The notes beneath the pieces are model-generated. The model ran no database searches, was not told the origin of the DNA, and was given only the letters and a program-made list of their open reading frames with translations. Positions 56,562 to 64,000 of a stretch of DNA of 64,000 nt are shown here, one piece after another. The stretch is from assembly GCA_900545005.1 (NCBI GenBank), contig UQXO01000004.1, positions 13,661 to 77,660 of the forward strand. Reading direction: 5' to 3'. A program made the position numbers and the translations under genes. Numbering within the stretch: position 1 is the first letter of the stretch; every line of letters begins with the position of its first letter. The stretch comes from an uncultured Mycoplasmatota bacterium (lineage in GTDB: Bacteria; Bacillota_I; Bacilli_A; RF39; UBA660).

Positions 56562-57440
56562 TTATTTATTTAAAGATGCAATTAATTCATCTTTCTTCAT
56601 ATTTGTATAGCCTTTAACCTTACGAGATTTAGCCATTGCTTTTAATTCTTGAATAGATTTAGATTCTAATTCATCAGCTTTACGCATTTCTTCTAATTCA
56701 CTATCTTTAGCTTCAGCTTTTGGTTTTTCTTTTTCTTCTGTAACATAATCAATTACTTCTAAACCATTAACTTCACAAATAGCATTAGTTAATGCTCCTA
56801 AAACGATTTTTACTGAACGTACAGCATCATCATTACCTGGAATTACATAATCAACATCATCAGGATCACAGTTAGTATCAACAATTCCAAATACTGGAAT
56901 ATTTAACTTTCTAGCTTCTCTAATAGCATTGATTTCCTTCTTAGGATCAACAATAATCATGGCATCTGGTAATTTAACCATTTCTCTAATACCGCCTAAT
57001 AATTTATTAAGTTTTTCATATTCTTTCTTAATTTGAATAACTTCTTTTTTAGGTAATACTTCAAAAGTACCATTTTCTTCCATCTTTTCGATTTCTTCTA
57101 ATCTCTTAACTCTTCTTCTAATAGTTCTAAAGTTAGTTAAAGTTCCCCCTAACCATCTTTCTGTTACATAGAATGATTTTGAACGATTAGCGCATTCAAT
57201 ACTTGCTTCTTGGGCTTGTTTTTTAGTACCAACAAATAAGAAAGTACCACCATTTTTAGCAATATCACTAATTTTAGCATATGCTTCTTCCATACAAGCA
57301 AGTGTTTTTTGTAAGTCGATAATATAAATATCGTCTCTTGTTGTGAAGATATATTCCTTCATTTTTGGATTCCATCTTTTGGTTTGATGACCAAAATGAA
57401 CCCCAGATTCTAATAGATTACTAATAGAAACTACAGCCAT
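56562..57440 (-). CDS. rpsB: 30S ribosomal protein S2 with a C-terminal extension
   Basis: [19 protein letters not shown] and [11 protein letters not shown] are present. The protein is 292 aa, with ~50 extra C-terminal residues. Confidence 0.95.
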   Translation of the reverse strand: MAVVSISNLLESGVHFGHQTKRWNPKMKEYIFTTRDDIYIIDLQKTLACMEEAYAKISDIAKNGGTFLFVGTKKQAQEASIECANRSKSFYVTERWLGGTLTNFRTIRRRVKRLEEIEKMEENGTFEVLPKKEVIQIKKEYEKLNKLLGGIREMVKLPDAMIIVDPKKEINAIREARKLNIPVFGIVDTNCDPDDVDYVIPGNDDAVRSVKIVLGALTNAICEVNGLEVIDYVTEEKEKPKAEAKDSELEEMRKADELESKSIQELKAMAKSRKVKGYTNMKKDELIASLNK

Positions 57441-57614
57441 TAAAAATCCCTCCTTCGTTATGCTTCTATTTATCTTTAAGCAATACCAATCACCTCTTCG
57501 GCACTCGATTAATATCTGGATAAATATGAATATTTGACTTTTAAAGCCATTAGTATTGTACCAAAGTTTATTTTTAAGTGCAAGCTAATTACCATAAATT
57601 AGCTAAAAAAAGGC

Positions 57615-58934
57615 CTATTTTATTAGACCCATCTTTATTTTCCAAGCAATTACTTTAACTGCTAAAGCTTTTAAATACTCTTCACTTAAATTCCCCGCTT
57701 TAACATAGTTTATAATCTCTTCGATATTTTTAGCATAATTTTTCGTAATTATAATATTATTGCCAGCTAAAATAGCTTTTAACCCAATTTCTTCAATATC
57801 AGCCGTAGCCCCCATATTTAAAGCATCTGTAATAACCATTCCCCTAAAGTCTAGGGTATTTCTTAAGTAATTATGATTACTAATTGATATAGAAGCGGGA
57901 TTAATACTATCTAAGACTTCTACCGTATTATGACTTATCATAATTGCTTCGGCCCCACTAAGAATAGCCCTCTTAAAAGGGTCTAAATCCTTTTCTACTT
58001 CTTCCTTACTTCTTGTATCTAAAGAACTAGTCTTATGCGTATCCTTATTCTTCCCATATCCCGGATAATGCTTCATCACATTAACAATACCACTATCTTT
58101 AGAACTCTCAATAATTACTTTAGCAAACTCTCCCGTTAACTCTGGACTTAACCCAATTGATCTATAATATATATAATCACTCTTATCTGTAGAAATATCT
58201 AAGACCGGGGCTAAATTAATATTAAGTCCTAAACTCTTTAGAAGTTCATTCTTCTCTTCATTATCTCTTCTAATAAGTTCAAATCCTCCCTCGATATATA
58301 AATTTCTAGGAGAAGAAAAACTCTTACTTCTTAAGTTTCTATTACTACTAACTCTTACAACACTTCCCCCCTCTTCATCTACTGCTAAGAATAAAGGATA
58401 ATCAGCTCTACTTTGTAATTCTTCTATCATCTTTAGAATATCTTCTCTTGTCTTATTCTTAAAAGCACCACCAAAGAGCACTAACCCTCCTAAATGATAC
58501 TTACTTACATCTTCTAAACTATTACTAGTATGATGAGGCATAAAAAGACTTCCAACAATACTTTCTAAAGACATCTTATTAACTAGATCTCTAGCCCTAT
58601 CATCATAAGAATTATTAAGTCCTAGTATTCTATATTCATCATTTCTCTTCTCTACCTTAAGTATACTTATCTTCTGATAATCCTTAGTACTATCAATATC
58701 CCCCTCATAAGTAATATCAACATAATCATTAACATTAGCCCCTATCTTCTCCAAGATATATATACTTTGATTATCTAAAGCTACATAAGACTTATCCTCA
58801 TCTTGATAAATAACTAATCCCCTGATTATCTTATCATTAGAACTCTCTTTTAAACTATCCCCCTCTTTAGAACTACACCCACTACTTAAAAGTATACTAA
58901 GTATACCAATCATAATAACTAAATATCTCTTCAT
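57615..58934 (-). CDS. nagZ: Glycoside hydrolase family 3 (NagZ-like beta-N-acetylhexosaminidase) lipoprotein
   Basis: The lipobox is ILLSSGC. The GH3 motifs are VDEEGGSVVRV and KHYPGYG. Confidence 0.8.
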   Translation of the reverse strand: MKRYLVIMIGILSILLSSGCSSKEGDSLKESSNDKIIRGLVIYQDEDKSYVALDNQSIYILEKIGANVNDYVDITYEGDIDSTKDYQKISILKVEKRNDEYRILGLNNSYDDRARDLVNKMSLESIVGSLFMPHHTSNSLEDVSKYHLGGLVLFGGAFKNKTREDILKMIEELQSRADYPLFLAVDEEGGSVVRVSSNRNLRSKSFSSPRNLYIEGGFELIRRDNEEKNELLKSLGLNINLAPVLDISTDKSDYIYYRSIGLSPELTGEFAKVIIESSKDSGIVNVMKHYPGYGKNKDTHKTSSLDTRSKEEVEKDLDPFKRAILSGAEAIMISHNTVEVLDSINPASISISNHNYLRNTLDFRGMVITDALNMGATADIEEIGLKAILAGNNIIITKNYAKNIEEIINYVKAGNLSEEYLKALAVKVIAWKIKMGLIK

Positions 58935-58943
58935 AAAAACCTA

Positions 58944-59879
58944 CTAATCATTTAATTTCTTATAAATATTCTCTTGTCTTTTCGTTAAAGTCTTCTCTAA
59001 CATAACTACCTCTTGAGTATTATATAGTATTGGAACCTCACTAAGTATATCAAAATATAAATAAATATCATCTAAAGACTCTATAAGTATTTTCGTACTT
59101 TTAGTCTCCTCTAACATATTATATAAATCCCTAGCAAACATCTCTACAATATTATTATTTTCCTGATAAGAAAACCTAATCCCTGCATAATAAAGATAAA
59201 AGAACTTTAAAACTACTTGCATAACCCCTATAAATAAGATTTTATTAGTCTCCCTTAACTTCTGTAACTTCTCATGAACATACTGTTTAACTAAGACTTT
59301 ATTCCCATTCTTAAGCATTAACCCCTTAACCTCTAAAAAGAACTCTAAAGGACTAGAAATACTCTTCTCTAAGAAGTTAACCCCCTCTTGTTCTAATTCC
59401 TGTTGTTTTTTAATCTCTTCAATATCTCTATATATATCTGGATGTAACTCCTCTATTAACTCTCTAGTCTTACTTTCTCTTAAAGCCTTAGCTAAATTAG
59501 TATAATCATAGTAAGGAAAATCTAAATGATTCTTTAAAATCTCTTCAATAATCATTAACATATGCTTATCATCAAAAAAATACCATTCTACCGAATCAAT
59601 ATCATCACAAAAATTATCAAAGATAGCCCTTAACGCTTCGATATCAAACTCTTCTTCTTTAATATCAATAAAATTAGTCAATAAAAAATACTCTATCTCT
59701 AAAAGACTAAAATACTTCTTACTATTAACTATATCCCGATGTAAATAATCTAAAAGCATCTCATTTAGTCTTTGATACTTCTTATCTATATTATCATCAG
59801 GTGAAGTCTTAATACTATTAAATACCCTAATTAAATTATTAATGACATTCTTTAAAGTAAATTTCATAATTTCCCCCAA
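58944..59879 (-). CDS. Hypothetical cytoplasmic, predicted helical protein (311 aa)
   Basis: A long ORF tightly packed against the nagZ-like gene (9-nt gap). I recognise no motif. Confidence 0.5.
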   Translation of the reverse strand: MGEIMKFTLKNVINNLIRVFNSIKTSPDDNIDKKYQRLNEMLLDYLHRDIVNSKKYFSLLEIEYFLLTNFIDIKEEEFDIEALRAIFDNFCDDIDSVEWYFFDDKHMLMIIEEILKNHLDFPYYDYTNLAKALRESKTRELIEELHPDIYRDIEEIKKQQELEQEGVNFLEKSISSPLEFFLEVKGLMLKNGNKVLVKQYVHEKLQKLRETNKILFIGVMQVVLKFFYLYYAGIRFSYQENNNIVEMFARDLYNMLEETKSTKILIESLDDIYLYFDILSEVPILYNTQEVVMLEKTLTKRQENIYKKLND

Positions 59880-59961
59880 AAACCTACTTCCCCCGACTTC
59901 TTTCTTCCTAAATTATACTAGCATTCTTAAGAAATTAAAAGCTTAAAAGAAAAAAATATAA

Positions 59962-61014
59962 TCAGAATAATCCAATTATATCTTTAATAGTAATAAATAT
60001 CATTAATAACATCAAAAGAACAAACCCAATCGTATGGAACCATCCTTCAATATTAGCATCTACTCTCTTTCCTCTAATCTTTTCAATAAGCACAAATAAA
60101 ATATGACCTCCATCAAAAGCAGGGAAAGGTAAGAAGTTCATAAACCCTAAGTTAATAGAGATATAAGCTGTCAAATAAAGAATTTGCGCTAATCCTAAGG
60201 CTAGAGACTGATTAACAATATTATACATACCAACTGGGCCCGATAATGAATTCATCGATAGACGCCCTGTAAATAAACCATAAATAATGGTAAACATTGA
60301 TTGATAAATGCTTTCAAATTTACTAGCCGCATAACTTAATGCTTTACCTACCCCATGGTAAGTTTCTTGGTAAATAGTAACACCAAATACCCGTGATTTA
60401 TTTCCTTTTTCATCGGTTGTTTCTTTAGGCGTAACTTTTAAAGTTTCTGTAGTATTATCTTCATGTCTTACTTCAATACTATAATAATCTTTTTTATTAT
60501 CTAAAGTAAGTAAGACTTGAGCTCTATCCCAAGTTTTCGTCTTTTTTCCATCAATACTTAGGATAACATCCCCACTTCTTCCGCCTGCTTCACTAAAAGC
60601 CGAACCCTCTAAAACATTATTAATCTTTGGGGTTGTACTAGTAGACCCATAAATAAGTCCAATCATAAAAAGAAGAACAAACGCCGTAATAAAGTTCATA
60701 ATAACCCCAGCACTAAGGATTAAAATTCGTTGCCACCAAGGTTTATTACACATTAACTTTTCCTTAGGAATCTTATCATCATCTTCCATAACCTCGCCCG
60801 CTAACTGGACATATCCTCCAATTGGTAAGGCTCTTAAGGAATATTGAATCCCACTTTTCTTAGAAATATGTTTACAAAGTAAAGGTCCCATTCCCACCGA
60901 AAACTCATAAACATGAACTCCACACAATCTAGCTACTATAAAATGTCCAAACTCATGAAGTAAAACCAAAATCCCCAGCATCAAAATTAATACGATTATA
61001 CTAACTAACCACAT
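59962..61014 (-). CDS. rseP: RIP metalloprotease RseP (site-2 protease)
   Basis: The HExxH motif is LHEFGHFIVA. A PDZ region is present. NFLPFPAFDGGH is also present. Confidence 0.92.
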   Translation of the reverse strand: MWLVSIIVLILMLGILVLLHEFGHFIVARLCGVHVYEFSVGMGPLLCKHISKKSGIQYSLRALPIGGYVQLAGEVMEDDDKIPKEKLMCNKPWWQRILILSAGVIMNFITAFVLLFMIGLIYGSTSTTPKINNVLEGSAFSEAGGRSGDVILSIDGKKTKTWDRAQVLLTLDNKKDYYSIEVRHEDNTTETLKVTPKETTDEKGNKSRVFGVTIYQETYHGVGKALSYAASKFESIYQSMFTIIYGLFTGRLSMNSLSGPVGMYNIVNQSLALGLAQILYLTAYISINLGFMNFLPFPAFDGGHILFVLIEKIRGKRVDANIEGWFHTIGFVLLMLLMIFITIKDIIGLF

Positions 61015-61032
61015 AATAACACTCTTTTCTAT

Positions 61033-61818
61033 TTATAATATTGTACATAACAATGTATAAAGCAAAACCCCAAATATTAAACTATCTAAACGATCTAAAA
61101 TACCCCCATGTCCCTTAATTAGATGTGAATAATCTTTAATATTATTTTCTCTTTTAATCTTACTAAAGAATAAATCTCCAATCTGACCAAAGACACTTAT
61201 TAGGATACTCATAACTGTTATTCTTAATACCCCCATATTCCCAATAACTGCTAAATAATAGAAAGTCCCAATAATACTAGCCGAAATAATACCTCCTAAA
61301 GCCCCTTCAATCGTCTTATGAGGACTAATACTAGAAAGCTTATGCGTCCCTACATATTTACCTATCAAAAGAGCAAAAACATCCGTAGCTACAATCACGA
61401 TAATGATATACAAAAGTAAATACTTATTAGCCATATCTAACATAACCATTGAATTAAAACTTAATCCGATTAGAAATAATAACGTAAACATAAATAAAGA
61501 TGTCTCCGTATCATATCTTCTACTAAAGATAGTCGGAATAATAAGACTAAATAACATAAACGCTATCATCTGATAAGAAACCCCAACATATAAAGCATAA
61601 GTATCATTAACCACATAAATTAAACTCATAAACGCAATAAGTCCTAAGATAATAATGGGTATATTTAATTTGCTTTTAACATTAGGTAAAGTAATAATCT
61701 CTTTATAAGCTAATAATGCTACAGCTCCTACTAATATTTTGAAAGTAATAGGTCCCAAGAAAAAAGCACTTAAAAAGATAATAGTTATTATAGCCCCACT
61801 AATTATTCTATTCTTCAC
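61033..61818 (-). CDS. cdsA: Phosphatidate cytidylyltransferase
   Basis: SKIKRENNIKDYSHLIKGHGGILDRLDS is present. The protein is polytopic. Its GTG start overlaps the uppS stop by 1 nt. Confidence 0.9.
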   Translation of the reverse strand: MKNRIISGAIITIIFLSAFFLGPITFKILVGAVALLAYKEIITLPNVKSKLNIPIIILGLIAFMSLIYVVNDTYALYVGVSYQMIAFMLFSLIIPTIFSRRYDTETSLFMFTLLFLIGLSFNSMVMLDMANKYLLLYIIIVIVATDVFALLIGKYVGTHKLSSISPHKTIEGALGGIISASIIGTFYYLAVIGNMGVLRITVMSILISVFGQIGDLFFSKIKRENNIKDYSHLIKGHGGILDRLDSLIFGVLLYTLLCTIL

Positions 61819-62525
61819 TACTTACCACCCCCAAATCTTCTTTCTCTACCATTATATGCATCTAAAGCTTTATCAAATTCCTTAGCATCAAAATCTGGCC
61901 AAAAACAATTAGGAAAATACATCTCTGCATAAGCAATTTGCCATAATAAGAAATTACTTACTCTTACATCTCCCCCAGTCCTTATCATTAAATCAACTGG
62001 TGGTAAATCCTGATACAAGTATTTCTTAAATAAATCAGGAGTTATCTCTTCCTTAGAAATCTTACCATCTTCAATATCTTTAACAATATCTTTAGTAGCA
62101 TCCACTATCTCACTTTGTCCCCCATAATTAAGACAAATATTTAAAATTCCCCCGGTATTATCCTTAGTCTCATCTCTTAGATAATCCATAGCCTCTAAAA
62201 CATCCCTTCTTAAAGGACTTTTTCTTCCACTAAAGACTACTTTAATATTATTCTTCTTTAACTCTTCACAAGGACTTTTAAACTCTTTAATAAAAAGATT
62301 CATCAAGTAATCCACTTCACTAGCTTCCCTTTTAAAATTCTCTGTTGAGAAACAATAAACTGATAAATATTTAACCCCTTTCTTAAAAATATAATCAGCT
62401 ATCTTCTTTATATTACTAAAACCTCGTCTATGACCTTCTAACTTTGGTAATAAATGATTTTTTGCCCATCTTCTATTTCCATCTAAGATAATTGCCACAT
62501 GCATAGGTATTTTTACATCTTCCAT
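61818..62525 (-). CDS. uppS: Undecaprenyl diphosphate synthase
   Basis: IPMHVAIILDGNRRWAK, IRTGGDVRVSNFLLWQIAYAE and RRFGG are present. The ATG at 62525 follows AGGAGG, and is preferred over the TTG at 62570. Confidence 0.92.
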   Translation of the reverse strand: MEDVKIPMHVAIILDGNRRWAKNHLLPKLEGHRRGFSNIKKIADYIFKKGVKYLSVYCFSTENFKREASEVDYLMNLFIKEFKSPCEELKKNNIKVVFSGRKSPLRRDVLEAMDYLRDETKDNTGGILNICLNYGGQSEIVDATKDIVKDIEDGKISKEEITPDLFKKYLYQDLPPVDLMIRTGGDVRVSNFLLWQIAYAEMYFPNCFWPDFDAKEFDKALDAYNGRERRFGGGK

Positions 62526-62577
62526 TTTTCCTCCTAATACCATTATATACTTCTTGTTCTTCTTAGTCAAAATAAAT

Positions 62578-63453
62578 TCATTTACGCATATTTTCTCCTA
62601 ACATCTCCATATCCATAGTTAACTGTTTAATACGTTCAATAATTCTTTTAGCTTTTACTTTCTCAGTACCTTTACAAGAAAGATGTTCTTCTAATTCATT
62701 TATTGTGAAATTAGATGTAAAAAAAGTCGTCTTATGTTCATTCATTCTTGTTTGTAAAATAGTTCCTAAGATTTCATCTCTTCCCCAGTCCGTAACTTTT
62801 TCGGCTCCAATATCATCAATTAACAATAAGTCAATATGACATAACTCATCCATAATATCATTCATCGCTTCAAAATCTCCCTTAATAGTCCTTAAAAGCT
62901 CTGGTAAATAGACAACCTTAGTCCTAAATCCTCTTTTCTTCATCTCATTAAAACAAGCACTTAAAATATAAGTCTTCCCACACCCAAAATTACCATGTAA
63001 ATAAAGACCTTTGGTATTCTTCCCATAATCATACTCTTTAATAAAACTCATTACCCATTTAATTAAAGCATAACGATTCTTATCTTTAGTATCAATAGTC
63101 TTTATCGAAGCATTCTCTAACTCTTTACTAGCACTAATACTATTTTTTAATTTCTTAAATTCTTGTAGTTTATAATAACAAGCCTCCGTAGAAAACATCA
63201 AATGATTATTATATTTATTAGGATAATTAAGATATCCTGATACTTTATTCTTACATTCATAAAGACCATGACAATTCTTACAATGATTATCCTCTTCCAA
63301 ATAACTTTCTAACTTAGAAGTATAATTCATTGCTTCTTTATCCGATAACTCTAAGGATGCTACTAAACTTTTAAACTCTGGATTCTTCATAGCCCGAATA
63401 TAATTATCTTTTAAGCTATTCTCAATTAGTCTTGTTTTATTTACTATTGTCAT
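62578..63453 (-). CDS. dnaI: Primosomal helicase loader DnaI
   Basis: The N-terminal Zn motif is CKNCHGLYECK. The Walker A motif is GNFGCGKTY and the Walker B motif is LLLIDDIGAE. Confidence 0.88.
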   Translation of the reverse strand: MTIVNKTRLIENSLKDNYIRAMKNPEFKSLVASLELSDKEAMNYTSKLESYLEEDNHCKNCHGLYECKNKVSGYLNYPNKYNNHLMFSTEACYYKLQEFKKLKNSISASKELENASIKTIDTKDKNRYALIKWVMSFIKEYDYGKNTKGLYLHGNFGCGKTYILSACFNEMKKRGFRTKVVYLPELLRTIKGDFEAMNDIMDELCHIDLLLIDDIGAEKVTDWGRDEILGTILQTRMNEHKTTFFTSNFTINELEEHLSCKGTEKVKAKRIIERIKQLTMDMEMLGENMRK

Positions 63454-63454
63454 T

Positions 63455-64000
63455 TTAAATTCCTTTCATCAATTCTTCTAATTCCTTTTGCTCTTCAGCC
63501 GTTGCTTCATTTCTTTTGATTTCCGTTTTAAACCAAACAGGTACCTCTTCTTTAGTTTTCGCACTTACTGGAGTAACCGCATTTAATTTCTTCTGTTCTT
63601 TTTCTGCTAAACTCATGGCGTCTTTAGCCGTCTTTACTCCACTTCTTACCCATTGTCCGGCAATTGCCTCGACAAAATTCTTATTTAATTTATTATCATT
63701 CTTCTTTAAGACATAATCAATCAAAACATTAACTACCGCCGGTTTTAAGTTTAAATCACAACACAAAGTCTCTAAAAGCTTTAAATCTCTATTCGTTGGC
63801 GTAATCCCATGATATTTACTCTTTAAGAAATCATATGGCTTCGTATTCTCAAAAACATAGATAATCTTATCTCTCTTACTCATATTCTCTAGAGTCTTAT
63901 TCTTATCTTCTTTATAAACAAGAGTCGGCAATTTGCCATTATTATGATAAGTATAATAATTTCTCGCCAGTTTTCTTAACTCATCTGCTACAATAAATCC
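63455..64000 (-). CDS. dnaB: Replication initiation/membrane attachment protein (B. subtilis DnaB-type, DnaD-domain); the 5' end lies outside the window
   Basis: It sits immediately upstream of dnaI. The DnaD-like motif is LNLKPAVVNVLIDYVL...FVEAIAGQWVRSGVKTAKDA. The frame stays open from 63931 to the window edge. Confidence 0.75.
   Translation of the reverse strand, partial: GFIVADELRKLARNYYTYHNNGKLPTLVYKEDKNKTLENMSKRDKIIYVFENTKPYDFLKSKYHGITPTNRDLKLLETLCCDLNLKPAVVNVLIDYVLKKNDNKLNKNFVEAIAGQWVRSGVKTAKDAMSLAEKEQKKLNAVTPVSAKTKEEVPVWFKTEIKRNEATAEEQKELEELMKGI

Noticed and set aside
57441-57614. The rpsB 5' leader as a regulatory RNA.
   Set aside because: A promoter (TTGCAC-17-TGgTACAAT on the minus strand) and a ~110-nt leader are visible. 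I could not define a convincing conserved structure by eye, so it is left as an ordinary 5' UTR.
1-64000. A DGR template repeat, reverse transcriptase or avd within this window; also CRISPR arrays, rRNA, tRNA and transposases.
   Set aside because: I examined the other GC-rich patches (tgt ~15640-15790, xseA ~21830-21900, yvcK ~23730-23870, gatA ~41100-41200, queA ~50870-50890). All are conserved coding motifs unrelated to 4245-4349. No ORF shows RT motifs (YxDD). No repeat-spacer periodicity or RNA gene signatures were seen.

Overview
This is an AT-rich segment (roughly 30% GC by eye) that uses the standard genetic code, since TGA acts as a stop. It comes from a low-GC Bacillota chromosome, Bacilli/Erysipelotrichia-like; the exact taxon cannot be determined from this window. 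Most of it is conserved housekeeping backbone with Bacillus-like local synteny. On the plus-strand side the blocks are: rnhC/cvpA/trxA; PBP-rpmG-efp; a shortened dcw head (rsmH-ftsL-pbp2B, with no mraZ and no mur genes); tgt; mutS-nusB-xseA-xseB-SpoIVB-like-yvcK; mscL; mnmA; zupT; xerD; and rarA/tcdA. Further along are relA-dtd ... hisS-gatCAB; comN/spoVB-like; queA; uvrC; rpsB-tsf; a GH3 NagZ-like lipoprotein; uppS-cdsA-rseP; and dnaB(Bsu-type)-dnaI. I saw no rRNA, tRNA, CRISPR array, transposase or prophage genes. One ncRNA candidate (6S RNA) sits in the syntenic slot upstream of tcdA. Three short CDSs are missing from the ORF track: rpmG, a 33-aa membrane peptide, and a 46-aa N/A/K-rich peptide. 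The accessory or unusual content is as follows. (1) Two paralogous membrane-anchored surface proteins have a DUF1566/C-type-lectin-like C-terminus. One carries a sharply delimited ~100-bp GC-rich patch dominated by NNC codons and ending in a G/C run, which is the signature of a diversity-generating-retroelement variable region. No template repeat or reverse transcriptase is present in this window. (2) A heavily structured intergenic region with nested inverted repeats and TAGTCAA direct repeats lies upstream of that gene. (3) A thioester-domain/Cna-B adhesin with a non-canonical sorting signal overlaps its own sortase gene. (4) A solitary HerA/FtsK-type ATPase forms its own transcription unit. 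(5) Tandem TPR paralogs, an orphan Gp49/HigB-like toxin remnant and several unknown proteins are also present. All functional calls rest on motifs read by eye; no database search was run.
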